Assembly: GCA_040767965.1 (NCBI GenBank)
Contig: JAXGNR010000004.1
Span: 256,001-320,000 of the forward strand
Reading direction: 5' to 3'
Length of the DNA: 64,000 nucleotides
Source: Atribacterota bacterium
GTDB taxonomy: Bacteria > Atribacterota > Phoenicimicrobiia > Phoenicimicrobiales > Stramentimicrobiaceae
A program made the translations under genes and the position numbers. Below, piece by piece: positions 9,781-20,463 of this stretch. A model generated the notes under the pieces. That model ran no database searches. It saw only the letters and a program-made list of their open reading frames with translations, and was not told the origin of the DNA. Position 1 is the stretch's first letter. The number at the start of each line of letters is the position of its first letter.

Positions 9781-11580
9781 TTAAACAACTATCATTTTAT
9801 CTATTTCATTTTTTATTGTTTCATATTCAATTGTAACCGGGAAAGTCTTTTCATTTGTATAGATAACTTTTCCCGGCTTTGAATTTTTTGCTTTCCTGAC
9901 ATATTTTCTTTTTGTGTAAATAATATAGGCTGTTTCTTTGTCTTTGGTCTTGCTGTAATAACTGGCTAAGCTGGCAGCAAAATTGAGAGTTAGGTAAGGA
10001 GGGCTATCCAGATTATTATGGTTTTTTATAATAACATGTCCTCCTGGTTTTGTAAGATTATGAAGCCAAAAATCATTGCCGGTAGAAAGATTTCTTAAAA
10101 TATATTCATTTTGTTTATTATTTTTGCCGACTAAAATAGTCCAGCCATCAGGAGAAAGGAACTTGCTTATGGCAGGTTGCTGCTCAGCCTTTTTACGTAG
10201 CGGGGTATCATTGTTTTTTTTGATATACCCCAGCTTCATTAATTGATTGTAAATGCAGATTAAATCTTCCAAAGAGTTCATTTTTTTATTTACTTTATTC
10301 TGTAGAATAATTAATTCCGACAATTCCTGTTTATTGTTATCAATTTGCTTCTGGATCATATCAGCATTTTTTTTTAATTTTTTATATTTTTGGAAGAGAT
10401 GGGTCAGGTTTTGAAGTGGAGATAATTGGGGATTCAATAAAATCATTATTTCCGGAAGTGAGTTATCAGTATAATCGATAACTTTTACTTCTGTTGATCC
10501 TGGGGTAATTTTCCAAAGGTTAGCTTTGAGCAATTCTCCTTTTTTTTTGTACTCTTCACAATTAAGAATTTCTTTTTCTCTTTTTAATAAAGATGATTCT
10601 ATTTCTGTCAATTTTTCTATATTTTTTATAATTATCTTTCTTGTAATATTATATAAATTTTGTTTTTTCTCTTTTTCTATTAATTTATTATAAATAAAAT
10701 CCAAACAAGAAGAGGTGTTTTGAAAAGGAATTAACTTATAATCCTGTTCAGCAGAAGGAGAAAATAAGAAATAATCAACAATTTGACCAGTAGAGTTATT
10801 GATTAAGACTGTGGGATTAAAATTATTATTTTTTATTTTTTCTATTAATAAAGAGAATTTGACAGACAATAGGTTAAATTTTTGTTCATCAATATCAGTA
10901 ATTATCTGTTTTGGAGAAAAGTCTAAAAAGGAAACTATTTCCTGAGCGGTTTTCCCGCCTATCCCTTTAAAATTATCTAGAAAGAATTCCCATAAATAAT
11001 TCTCTTTATTTTCAGTCAGGTATTTTTTCCATATTTGAATTAACTGCTTTGGACCAGTTTTTAATAAATTGTTTTTTTCTTGTTGTGGAGGGTATACATA
11101 AAGATTACCAGACTTTATTTCTCTAAACCTGTTAACATCAGAACCAACCTGTTTTAAAGGTGCTTTAATAATTTCCTCATCATCAATTAGCACAATATTG
11201 CTGTGTTTACCCATAAATTCAATTAATAATTGATATTTTTTAATTTTGCCAAATCTGTTATAAGGTTCTATTGAAAGCTTTATAAATCGATCAAAATCGT
11301 AATGTTGTGCATCTGTTAACATTCCTCCTTCTATCCAGCTTTTAAGTTGTTTCAAAAACAATGATGGAAAATTGTCTTCTGAAAAGAAGGATTCTTTGAT
11401 AAAAAAAGCCATTCGATCAGGGCGAATAGAAATAAAGAGATTTCTTAATATCTGTTTATTTTTTAAAGCAAAGGAGATTTCATACTTACTTATTTGTTTT
11501 ACTTCAACTATTTTAGATGGCAGGTAATTATTTTTTATTTCTGATAAAACAGAAGATAAGGTAATGCTATCAAGTTTCAT
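9781..11580 (-). CDS. rqcH: Ribosome quality control factor RqcH (NFACT/FbpA family)
   Basis: NFACT-N motifs FDR and IEFMGKHSNI, coiled coil with GELLKAN, NFACT-R VGKNNKQNE..WLH..PGGHVII..LASYYSK. Confidence 0.88.
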   Translation of the reverse strand: MKLDSITLSSVLSEIKNNYLPSKIVEVKQISKYEISFALKNKQILRNLFISIRPDRMAFFIKESFFSEDNFPSLFLKQLKSWIEGGMLTDAQHYDFDRFIKLSIEPYNRFGKIKKYQLLIEFMGKHSNIVLIDDEEIIKAPLKQVGSDVNRFREIKSGNLYVYPPQQEKNNLLKTGPKQLIQIWKKYLTENKENYLWEFFLDNFKGIGGKTAQEIVSFLDFSPKQIITDIDEQKFNLLSVKFSLLIEKIKNNNFNPTVLINNSTGQIVDYFLFSPSAEQDYKLIPFQNTSSCLDFIYNKLIEKEKKQNLYNITRKIIIKNIEKLTEIESSLLKREKEILNCEEYKKKGELLKANLWKITPGSTEVKVIDYTDNSLPEIMILLNPQLSPLQNLTHLFQKYKKLKKNADMIQKQIDNNKQELSELIILQNKVNKKMNSLEDLICIYNQLMKLGYIKKNNDTPLRKKAEQQPAISKFLSPDGWTILVGKNNKQNEYILRNLSTGNDFWLHNLTKPGGHVIIKNHNNLDSPPYLTLNFAASLASYYSKTKDKETAYIIYTKRKYVRKAKNSKPGKVIYTNEKTFPVTIEYETIKNEIDKMIVV

Positions 11581-11904
11581 AAAATTCACCTTTTCTAATA
11601 TTAAAAAGAGGATTTATTTGCTATCACTACAGGTCTTTTATAATATATTTATAGCTGAAGGTCAAGAAATAAACTATCAAAAAGATATATTTTGCAGAAA
11701 AGAGAAGGACAATTCTTTATTATATATGCTAAAATTATCATAGAAAAATTTAGATTTACGGCCATAAAAGGCAATAGCTAAAAAATCAGATAGTGTTAAT
11801 CTTCAGAAATCAGCAATATTTATCTTAGATTAGTATGAATAATTATTACGTGAGAATAGAGTAAAATAGAAGTTTAAGACAATATAAAAGAGGTGTAAAA
11901 ATAA

Positions 11905-13299
11905 ATGATAGTAAAGATGTTGTTTTTGTTTATTTCATTTTTATTTCTTTTTTTCATCAACACCAGAACAGTTTTTGCTGCAAAAAAAGTTAATTATCAA
12001 AATGCTTACCTGAAGTGGGATGGAAAAACATCTGATAAGGATTTTACCGGAGATACCTTCGCTGCTTTGACTAAAACCACAGTTTACAGATCTGAAAAAT
12101 CTCCGACCGGTTTTTATGTAACTTTTCGTTATTATGCTCCAGAGGCAAAAAGAGTACAAATATCTGGAGACTGGCTGTTTAGTGAAAAGCATCTGTCCAC
12201 TGCCAACAAAGCTCCCAGAATTCATCCCAATAACTGGTATAATGGATGTATTTTACATACCTGCACCAGACCACATGCATTGCGACCGGTAGATGATATG
12301 GTTTTAAATAAGGAAACAGGATATTGGTTTTTTACGATTCCACTACCATCAGGTTGGTTTACTTACCAGTTTTTTATAAATGGTGAAGATGAAGTAAATT
12401 GGAATAACAGGGTAACAGATCCTCAAAATCCACCAGCTGAATACAAGCCTGGTGTAGAAAACTACAGTATAGTGCTATTACCTTATGATCCAGTTAAACA
12501 AAGCAAAAGTCCCGATTATAGCTATAATGGTCTTTTAGATGAATGCGAACAGATGGGTGATTTTGTGTTTGATTGTGTTCCTTCTAAAATTCTGGGCTGG
12601 GATGCCCCTGTTGGCATATATACTCCTAATGGGTATAATCCAAATAAGAAAGATGGTTACAAATATCTTATCATTATGCACGGGATGGGTGGTTTTGCCA
12701 CAAATTGGATTTCTCAAAACTGTATGGGTAATATTACTGATAACCTTATTGCTAGACGAGAAACTGAACCTTTAATTGTTATTATGCCGGAAATGAACAA
12801 AAGTAATGGAGAATGGGCATATAGATATATTAATTATGATGGATCCCTGATTAATAAACCCAATGTAGAAGGAAAAGTTTCCGAGGCAGTTCCTTATATA
12901 GTAAATGAACTTATTCCCTGGGTTGAAAAAAATTATAATGTATCTAACATTCCCGAAAATCGAGCTTTGGCCGGTCTTTCCAGGGGCGGAGAAACAACTT
13001 TTTCCACATACCTCGCATATCCGGAAAAATTTGCTTATTTTTATTGTATGAGTCATGGATATAAAGAGCCTGATGTATTTAATTATGACTATTCAAGAAA
13101 AGAGTTAAAAAAACCAACTCTGGCCTTTGGATTTGGTTTATTTGATTTTGGTTTTTTTGATGGAGGGGCAGAGATAACTATGAGGGTATTGAGTGATGCA
13201 GGAATTGATTTTACAACTAACTATGCCCTTGGAGGACATCGCCCTGATGTATGGAGGGATTGCTATATTGACTTACTTAGAAGGGTGCTCTGGAAGTAA
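11905..13299 (+). CDS. Secreted esterase (CBM48/E-set N-domain plus alpha/beta hydrolase, CE1-like)
   Basis: Signal peptide, VTFRYYAPEAKRVQISGDW, IYTP.GY..YLIIMHG.GG, nucleophile elbow GLSRG, C-terminal GGH..DVW. Confidence 0.8.
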   Translation: MIVKMLFLFISFLFLFFINTRTVFAAKKVNYQNAYLKWDGKTSDKDFTGDTFAALTKTTVYRSEKSPTGFYVTFRYYAPEAKRVQISGDWLFSEKHLSTANKAPRIHPNNWYNGCILHTCTRPHALRPVDDMVLNKETGYWFFTIPLPSGWFTYQFFINGEDEVNWNNRVTDPQNPPAEYKPGVENYSIVLLPYDPVKQSKSPDYSYNGLLDECEQMGDFVFDCVPSKILGWDAPVGIYTPNGYNPNKKDGYKYLIIMHGMGGFATNWISQNCMGNITDNLIARRETEPLIVIMPEMNKSNGEWAYRYINYDGSLINKPNVEGKVSEAVPYIVNELIPWVEKNYNVSNIPENRALAGLSRGGETTFSTYLAYPEKFAYFYCMSHGYKEPDVFNYDYSRKELKKPTLAFGFGLFDFGFFDGGAEITMRVLSDAGIDFTTNYALGGHRPDVWRDCYIDLLRRVLWK

Positions 13300-13418
13300 A
13301 ATATAACTAACAACCAATTAATATTATGACAATATTCCTGAGACAGAGACGCTGTAAATCAGAAGTAATTATCTTGACAATATAAATCCTGAATTTAACG
13401 GGTATTAAAAATATCTTT

Positions 13419-14204
13419 TTATTTTTCTCTTTTTTTATTCCAGTAGGATCTTGCCCGGGTTGCTATTCTTTCTTTCTGTTGATCCCAGATATAATCATCA
13501 ATAACAGCATTTTTATTGCTTTCCAACAAAACAGACTGTTGTTTTATAAATACGTCACCCGGGTACTTTATTTCATGTAGATAATAAATTTCCAGTTTTT
13601 TCAAAATGTAATTGTGCAATATTGTTTTTGGTTTTGAGGAAAAGATCCAGTTAATATATTTAGAGTTATGGACATGGTCAAGAAAATCAATATCATCTGA
13701 TTTAACGGCAATTCTTTTTGCATCTATTTTATTAAAAGAGGAATTTTCTATCAGTATAAATTTGTTAGTAGCTGAAGGGCAGGCTTTTCTAGAATTAATT
13801 ATCCATTTATTTGCCAGTTCATACAGTATTCTGACAGGCATTTTCTTATTTATATTATAGAAAACCCATTGAGAAGAAGCTCTAATTATAATATTGGTAT
13901 CATTTGATTTTACTAAAAATTCCCTGAATACAAAACATCTTTTTGTATGTGAGATCCAGGTTTCAATATTTAATTTATCTCCATTTCTTGGTAGCTGATC
14001 TATTTCTATATTCCAGGAGAGAAGAACCCAGGAATAGCCTTTTGTGAACAATAATTTTAATGGAAAACCAAGTTGCTCAGAATGGCAACCTGCTGTTTCA
14101 TTAAAATAATCAATTATTGTTTCGATTATTGATTGCTGATGATTGGCAGATCTGTTTTTTATATTGAGCTGGAAATTTTTAACAAAAGATTTATTTATCT
14201 GCAC
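13419..14204 (-). CDS. Acyl-ACP thioesterase (double hotdog)
   Basis: ETAGCHSEQLG, WVLLSW.IEI..LP, IETW, catalytic-region DIDFLDHVHNSKYINW. Confidence 0.82.
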   Translation of the reverse strand: MQINKSFVKNFQLNIKNRSANHQQSIIETIIDYFNETAGCHSEQLGFPLKLLFTKGYSWVLLSWNIEIDQLPRNGDKLNIETWISHTKRCFVFREFLVKSNDTNIIIRASSQWVFYNINKKMPVRILYELANKWIINSRKACPSATNKFILIENSSFNKIDAKRIAVKSDDIDFLDHVHNSKYINWIFSSKPKTILHNYILKKLEIYYLHEIKYPGDVFIKQQSVLLESNKNAVIDDYIWDQQKERIATRARSYWNKKREK

Positions 14205-14885
14205 TGTTCAAAAAACATCCCTCATGATTAATATTATTTATAAAACCAAAAAGCGCTGTAATTATAGTTAAATATTATTTTTAAAACAAGGAAATTATTT
14301 TACTGATAAAAAGCAATTAGAAAATATACTTATAATATTACTGAATAATTTTGAAAAGGTCTAAGAATTTTTTAATTTTTTTTAAAATTGGCAGACACTT
14401 TAAATTAATTCATATGTTGCTTTATGAAGTGATTATACCTGGATTAACTTAAATTTTAGTGAATGGAATGTTTAGCAATCAATAATTTGACAAAAATTAA
14501 CAGATAAATTAACATTAATATATAGGATATGAACAATAATTCAATAAGAATATAAAATAAATTAATAAATGCATATAAGTAATAAAAAATGTTAATTATT
14601 TTATATTTATCAGAAAAATATTTAAAAAATTCACTAATATAGTTATAAATTAAACTAAACCGATAAAATAATAAAAATGCGATATGCTCTATAGCATGCA
14701 TATAAATATTCTGCAAAATAATTTGAATTAAATAATAAGAATGAATATATTTAAATGCAGTGAGAATTTTTGAAAAACTCCAGATGATAGTTGTTGGTAT
14801 GTTTAATATGAATAAAACTTTCCTTTTGGTATTGGAATTTTAAGGATCTCAAAATAATATTTGAGAGAAAAGGAGGTTTGTTAAA

Positions 14886-16313
14886 ATGGCTATCAATCTT
14901 GTTTTTGCAAAAAAATTTGCTGCTGAGCAAGCGTTGAGGCAGATATTAAGATATTTAGAAAAAGATCCTGAAAAGAATTTTGACAAAATTTTAAATTTTG
15001 CTGATAAAATTGCCCAAACTGAGAAGCATCATCAGGAAATTGCAGCCATAAGGGAAAATTACTATAATAGTCCTCTTATAAAAAAATATATCCAAAAACT
15101 TTCCAAAATCGCTCCAAGCTACAAAGATGGGCTTATTTTGAATTTTTTTATAAATTCAGCCCTTATGGGAATTCCAAGACAACTTCAAATAGCACAAGAA
15201 ATTGGAAACAGTGTGCCATGGACTATTCTGATAGATCCGACAAGTGCTTGTAATCTTAATTGTATTGGATGTTGGGCAGGAAAATACAAAAAAAGCGATA
15301 GTTTAGATCTAAGCACTATTAATAGAATAATTGAAGAAGCTAAGAAAATGGGGATTTATTTTATAGTATTATCCGGGGGAGAGCCTACTGTATATCCTGG
15401 CCTTTTTGATATTTTTGAAAAACATCAGGATGTGGGTTTTATGATGTATACTAATGGAACTTTGATAGACGATAAAATGGCCGATAAAATGTTAGAAGTA
15501 GGAAACATAACTCCAGCTATAAGTTTAGAAGGCTTCCGTGAATCAACAGATATCCGTAGAGGGGAAGGAGTTTATGATAAAATTATGGCAGCAATGGACC
15601 GATTATCTGCAAGAGGAATTATATTTGGTTTTAGCATTACAGTTACCAGGCAAAATGCTGAAGAATTGTTTGGTGTAGATGATTTTATTGACCATATGAT
15701 AGAAAAAGGTGCTCTTTATGGCTGGTTTTTTCATTATATACCGATAGGGAAAGATACCGATATTGAGATGATGATTACATCAGAACAAAGAGTTAAATTG
15801 GCCTATAGGATTCCGGAAATAAGGAATAAAAAACCGATCTTTTTAGCTGATTTCTGGAATGATGGCACTTTTACCGGAGGTTGTATAGCAGCAGGCAGAA
15901 GGTATTTTCATATTAATGCTAAAGGAGATGTAGAGCCTTGTGCTTTTGTCCATTTTGCCACTGATAATATCCGGGGGAAAAGCCTGCGAGAAATTTTACA
16001 AAACCCTTTGTTTAGATATTATCAAAAATGTCAGCCCTTCAGCAGTAATTTAATGACTCCTTGTCCTATTATAGATCACCCATCCAGGTTAAGAGATATT
16101 GTTATAAAATCAGGGGCCAAACCAACACATGCTGGAGCAGGGAGTGTTTTGACAGGTAAAATTGCTGATTTTTTAGATGATCATTCCCGGATCTGGAGAG
16201 AAAAATCTAAACCAATTAACATTGAGAGAAAAAAGAAGAGGGAGGAATCAATTAAAATCTACGAGAAGAAAAAAAACAAAAAAAGACATTATGAGACTGT
16301 TAATTTTAAATAA
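14886..16313 (+). CDS. Radical SAM/SPASM-type protein of uncertain function
   Basis: ILIDPTSACNLNCIGCWAG (CX3CX2C), SGGEP, TNGTL, GCIAAGRRYFHINAKGDVEPCAF, CPIIDHP. SD AAGGAGG. Confidence 0.9.
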   Translation: MAINLVFAKKFAAEQALRQILRYLEKDPEKNFDKILNFADKIAQTEKHHQEIAAIRENYYNSPLIKKYIQKLSKIAPSYKDGLILNFFINSALMGIPRQLQIAQEIGNSVPWTILIDPTSACNLNCIGCWAGKYKKSDSLDLSTINRIIEEAKKMGIYFIVLSGGEPTVYPGLFDIFEKHQDVGFMMYTNGTLIDDKMADKMLEVGNITPAISLEGFRESTDIRRGEGVYDKIMAAMDRLSARGIIFGFSITVTRQNAEELFGVDDFIDHMIEKGALYGWFFHYIPIGKDTDIEMMITSEQRVKLAYRIPEIRNKKPIFLADFWNDGTFTGGCIAAGRRYFHINAKGDVEPCAFVHFATDNIRGKSLREILQNPLFRYYQKCQPFSSNLMTPCPIIDHPSRLRDIVIKSGAKPTHAGAGSVLTGKIADFLDDHSRIWREKSKPINIERKKKREESIKIYEKKKNKKRHYETVNFK

Positions 16314-16382
16314 TTTGCTCCAGTAAATCTGTCTGCAGCTAAAAGAAATTTGTTTTTGATTGCAGGTAGAGTTACTGATTAC

Positions 16383-17504
16383 TCATGGTATGTTGTTTTT
16401 TGAAATAGATTTATTATTAAGAATATAATCTTTAATACCTACCATAATTCTATTTATAAAATGTTCTTGTGCAGAATAGGCCATATGACCTATTCTGAAT
16501 ACTTTTTCATGTAATGGCCCAACACCGCCTGCAATTAATATCTTGTATTTATTTTTTAAAAAATTTTGTAATTCTATTGAGCTTAAACTATTTGGCAATA
16601 AAGCAGAAGTTGCTGTTGGGAGTCTATAGTTTTTATTTTTTATTAATAAAGATACACCTATTTCCTCTAAGGCGGAATGAAGAATTTTAGAGATATTCTT
16701 ATGCCTTAACCATCTTTGCTCTAATCCTTCTTCTAAAATAAAATCTAATGATTTGTTTAGCGCAAAGAAGAGATGTACTGGTAAAGTTATTGGAAACGGG
16801 TGCCAATCTTTCCAATCCTCTGCATATCTCTGCCAGGTCTTTAAATTAAAGTACCAGCAAGGAATTTTTTCTTCTGATGATATATTTTTCCAGCCTTGTG
16901 GACTAACTGATATTGTAGACAAGCCAGGAATTGAACCTAATGCTTTCTGGCTAGCTGATAAACAGAAATCTATTTTTAGTTTATCTACTGAAAGTTTAGC
17001 TCCACCTAATGTCGAAATAGCATCCACTATAAACAAAATCTTATTTTCTTGACAAACATTAGCAATATCTTCTAAAGGGTTTAGCATACCAGTAGAGGTT
17101 TCACCGTGTACCATTGCTAATAAATCAGGTTTTTCTCTTTGAACGATTTTTTTTATCTCCTGTGTCTTAAAAGGTTCTCCGGGATTTTTGGTAATTACAG
17201 AATATTTATTTAAATAATGGGATGCAATTGCGGTTAGTCTATTTCCGAATGTTCCATTTTCTAAAATTAAACCTTTTTTACCACTCAAGTTAGCAAAAGC
17301 TGTTTCCACTGCTCCAGAGCCAGAAGATGGAAAAATAAATACCTTATTTTTTGTTTGATAAACTTGTTGTAATTTGTGGAGTGTGCTTAGATAGTATTCC
17401 AGCCATAAATCACCGTAATGAGGGATATTTGGTTTATTTAATTCATTTAATATTTCTGGATCGCATTCTGTAGGACCGGGTAATGACAATTGATATATGT
17501 CCAT
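16383..17504 (-). CDS. Class V PLP aminotransferase (alanine-glyoxylate/serine-pyruvate type)
   Basis: PGPT, VHGETSTG, VDAIS, SQKAL (PLP lysine), FRIGHM. Confidence 0.9.
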   Translation of the reverse strand: MDIYQLSLPGPTECDPEILNELNKPNIPHYGDLWLEYYLSTLHKLQQVYQTKNKVFIFPSSGSGAVETAFANLSGKKGLILENGTFGNRLTAIASHYLNKYSVITKNPGEPFKTQEIKKIVQREKPDLLAMVHGETSTGMLNPLEDIANVCQENKILFIVDAISTLGGAKLSVDKLKIDFCLSASQKALGSIPGLSTISVSPQGWKNISSEEKIPCWYFNLKTWQRYAEDWKDWHPFPITLPVHLFFALNKSLDFILEEGLEQRWLRHKNISKILHSALEEIGVSLLIKNKNYRLPTATSALLPNSLSSIELQNFLKNKYKILIAGGVGPLHEKVFRIGHMAYSAQEHFINRIMVGIKDYILNNKSISKNNIP

Positions 17505-17597
17505 TTTAGACCTCCACCCATAAATAATTTTTATTTCTATTCTAGAAATTTTTTTTGGTTAAATTTTAACAAAAATCTAAAAATCTTATCAAATAAT

Positions 17598-18899
17598 CTA
17601 TGGACACTGAATTACTCCTTGAGCCCATAAGCAACCCCCACAGGTAGGAAAAGTATTCCCAAAACAATCCTCTTCGTTTTTACTAGATAAAAGACATGGT
17701 CCACAGCGCAAACATGGTGAAAAATCAAAATTATCAACCTTTTCTCTAAATTCCTTGTATTCGTGAGAATCCCAAATTTTCTTCAGAGTTTTATCATTAA
17801 CATTACCTAAAGCATATGATTTTACTTTTCTATCATAATTATTTTGGAAGAAGGGATACATCCTGCTTTCATGCATTAATCCCATACACGGAGTTACCAT
17901 CCCATCCCATCTGATAAAGGTATTTCTTTCTTTTATAAATCTGCATTCTGATGTTTCTGCCCCTATTTCATTTCCCATAATTGATATCTTATGTTTATTA
18001 TTTCTAAAAAGACTATAAAGTGCTTTTTTAGATGTGTCATTGATATCCAGTAAAGGCAAGCTAATTTCTAAAGAATTCTCAGATTTATTTACTCCCGCAA
18101 CAGACCAGTAGCAGACCATTTCTTTAACGATATCATTGCTATAGGGCAAAACATTACTTATTAATACTTTTGATGCGCCAATTAGACTTGTAAGTTTTTC
18201 TAAATGAATCAGGCTATCAATATTCTTTTTCATAATTACAAAAGATAAACCAATATTTATCTTATGTTCATTTATCTCATTCAATGATTTTAAATAAGTC
18301 AGATTATCCAGAACTTTCTGGAAACTAGCCCCTTTTCTTATTCCTTCAAAAACATTTTCATCTGCAGCATCAAAAGAAATCCATAAAGTATCTAATCTAT
18401 TATCCATCAACCCTTTTACAATTTTTTTATTCAACAAAGTCCCGTTGGTAGTAATTTCTACCTTTATTCCCAGCGATTTTACTTCTTTTACCATATATAG
18501 AATATCTTTATGGAAGGTTGGTTCTCCAAAGCCACCAAACATTACTGTTTCTAATTCCTCAAATTGTTTCAAATCTTCTATTATTTTATTAAAAGTGCTA
18601 ATATTCATATTGCCCAATGGTTCATTCCAGGTATTTCGAACACAAGTTTGACACATTAGATTGCATAATGTAGTTGGTTCAATATAAACTTTTGCTAAAC
18701 TGTGGATATTGGGAAACAATGTTATTTTATTTTTTTGAACTGTTACGTTAATTTCTGCACATCCATTCAACCCTAACTTTCTTTTTAGTTTGTCAGGCAA
18801 AATCAGATTACCATTTTTATCGGATTTAATCTTGTATTTTTTTATTTCACTATTGTTGCTTTTAATAATATTTTCTTTTTTGCCAAAAAAATCGGGCAT
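17598..18899 (-). CDS. Radical SAM/SPASM protein resembling tungsten-oxidoreductase maturase, with N-terminal AbrB-like domain
   Basis: YIEPTTLCNLMCQTCVRN, GGFGEP, CRFI..FIRWDG.VTPC, C-terminal DCFGN.FPTCGGCLWAQGVIQCP. N-terminus DKNGNLILPDKLKRKLGL is AbrB/MazE-like. Confidence 0.75.
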   Translation of the reverse strand: MPDFFGKKENIIKSNNSEIKKYKIKSDKNGNLILPDKLKRKLGLNGCAEINVTVQKNKITLFPNIHSLAKVYIEPTTLCNLMCQTCVRNTWNEPLGNMNISTFNKIIEDLKQFEELETVMFGGFGEPTFHKDILYMVKEVKSLGIKVEITTNGTLLNKKIVKGLMDNRLDTLWISFDAADENVFEGIRKGASFQKVLDNLTYLKSLNEINEHKINIGLSFVIMKKNIDSLIHLEKLTSLIGASKVLISNVLPYSNDIVKEMVCYWSVAGVNKSENSLEISLPLLDINDTSKKALYSLFRNNKHKISIMGNEIGAETSECRFIKERNTFIRWDGMVTPCMGLMHESRMYPFFQNNYDRKVKSYALGNVNDKTLKKIWDSHEYKEFREKVDNFDFSPCLRCGPCLLSSKNEEDCFGNTFPTCGGCLWAQGVIQCP

Positions 18900-19124
18900 T
18901 TCTCCTCCTGATTAAAAAATTAAAATATAAATAATACTTGTATTTTTACAAGTTTTTGCTAAACATTTATCAAATTCCTGATATTGAATGAAAATTGTAA
19001 TATATTCTTGTTTTATTTATGAGGGAAATAGCAATATCAGATTTTCTAGAAAAATATTTTTTAAAATACATATTAGGAATATTCTAATTGAAATAAGTCT
19101 ATAATACAACAAGATGCTCCTAAG

Positions 19125-19174
19125 AATAAAATATAACACCAGCTTGAGAATATAAACTGATGTTATATTTTATT
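19125..19174 (-). terminator. Inverted repeat, probable terminator of the TetR-MMPL operon
   Basis: AATAAAATATAACACCAG ... CTGATGTTATATTTTATT, 18-nt arms with one non-Watson-Crick position. Confidence 0.6.
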
Positions 19175-19203
19175 AGATGGCTTGAAATATTTAAGTAAAT
19201 ATT

Positions 19204-20442
19204 TCAAAAAAGCCATTCAAGTGAGAAATATAACCCCTGGGAATTTTTAAATAATCCTAATTTGGATTGCTGGTCACCTGTCAGGAAAGAATAGTTAATT
19301 GAGGCTGAAACACTTTCTGTCAACTGGTAATCTACTCCAATAACATTTATCATGCTCGTATCTTGCAGACTTAAAACAGTCACATAAAACGGAGTAAAAT
19401 CACTATCTTCAAATTCTTTTTTGGTATTAAGATAGACATAAGGAGAACAATCATTTCCTTTTTCAAATGGCATTCCATAGATAAATCCTCCGTTAAAATA
19501 CCAGTTTGAATCAGTAGTGTAATCAGCACTTATTACACCTTTAAAATAATGGTTATCCAACAAATCTTCTCCCTGAAATAACCAGTGTTCAGGTATTATA
19601 TAGGCAAGATCTCCCCTTAAGGTAGCCCCTTCGATACCGGGAAATTCTCCCTGGAATTCCAGACCAAGAACCTGTTTGGAGGGATAGCCAACTGTAAATT
19701 CTGTCATGCTATCCGGAGAAATAGAAAGGTTCACTGGAAATGGGTCCATGTAATTTCCGTGGTAATAGCTAATGCCTGCATCAAAGGTTGGGAAACTATG
19801 AGTCAGACGCAATCCCCATATAATATTTTCTGTTTCCTGGTAATTGAGCTTGACCTGGTTAATACCAAGCCCTTGTTCCGGTATTCCTGTAGCATAGCTT
19901 GACAGATAATTACTTTTTAAATATTCATCAGGATAGGGAGTAGGCGTAAGCCAGGGGAGAATAACTCCATACAGATAAGTGGAATTACCCATATAATAAG
20001 AAGCACTAATTCCAAAAGCGCCTATTTTATTTTGTTGTCCTGTTAAGGATATTTCTGGAGGCGAAGGATTGAAATTATCCAGAGGGCTGAAAATATCAGC
20101 AGCTCCCCATCGATTTATTATCTTTCCTGCCTTGAGGTCGAGATTCTCAATAACATTATAAGCACTTATGTAAACCTCATTAGGAAATATTACAAATGGC
20201 TTTCCGAAATTTTTATTAGTTGTCCTAATTATTAAGTCTCCTTCCAGATAGACATCATCTGTAAGTTCATGAAAATAATCAATGTCCAGGGTTAAAGTAT
20301 GATTTATCATCCAAGTAGATAATAGATAGGAAGTATCATATTTTAATGTTTGTGATGTATTAAATGCTATCCCTGAATTGGTAATACCCAAGATAAAAGC
20401 AATTATTAAAAAAATGCCAAGAGAATATTTTAATCTCATCAT
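19204..20442 (-). CDS. Probable outer-membrane beta-barrel (DUF1302-like)
   Basis: Signal peptide, NEVYI..LDLKAGKI.NRWGAADIFSPLDNFNP, alternating aromatic strands, C-terminal YFSLEWLF (beta-signal-like). Follows the MMPL and LolA-like genes. Confidence 0.7.
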   Translation of the reverse strand: MMRLKYSLGIFLIIAFILGITNSGIAFNTSQTLKYDTSYLLSTWMINHTLTLDIDYFHELTDDVYLEGDLIIRTTNKNFGKPFVIFPNEVYISAYNVIENLDLKAGKIINRWGAADIFSPLDNFNPSPPEISLTGQQNKIGAFGISASYYMGNSTYLYGVILPWLTPTPYPDEYLKSNYLSSYATGIPEQGLGINQVKLNYQETENIIWGLRLTHSFPTFDAGISYYHGNYMDPFPVNLSISPDSMTEFTVGYPSKQVLGLEFQGEFPGIEGATLRGDLAYIIPEHWLFQGEDLLDNHYFKGVISADYTTDSNWYFNGGFIYGMPFEKGNDCSPYVYLNTKKEFEDSDFTPFYVTVLSLQDTSMINVIGVDYQLTESVSASINYSFLTGDQQSKLGLFKNSQGLYFSLEWLF

Positions 20443-20463
20443 TATTTTTCCTTTCTTTGCTCT

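Noticed and set aside
14456-14716. 86-aa minus-strand ORF in the AT-rich spacer
   Set aside because: F/I/Y/L/K-biased composition typical of chance ORFs in AT-rich DNA; no SD or motif.
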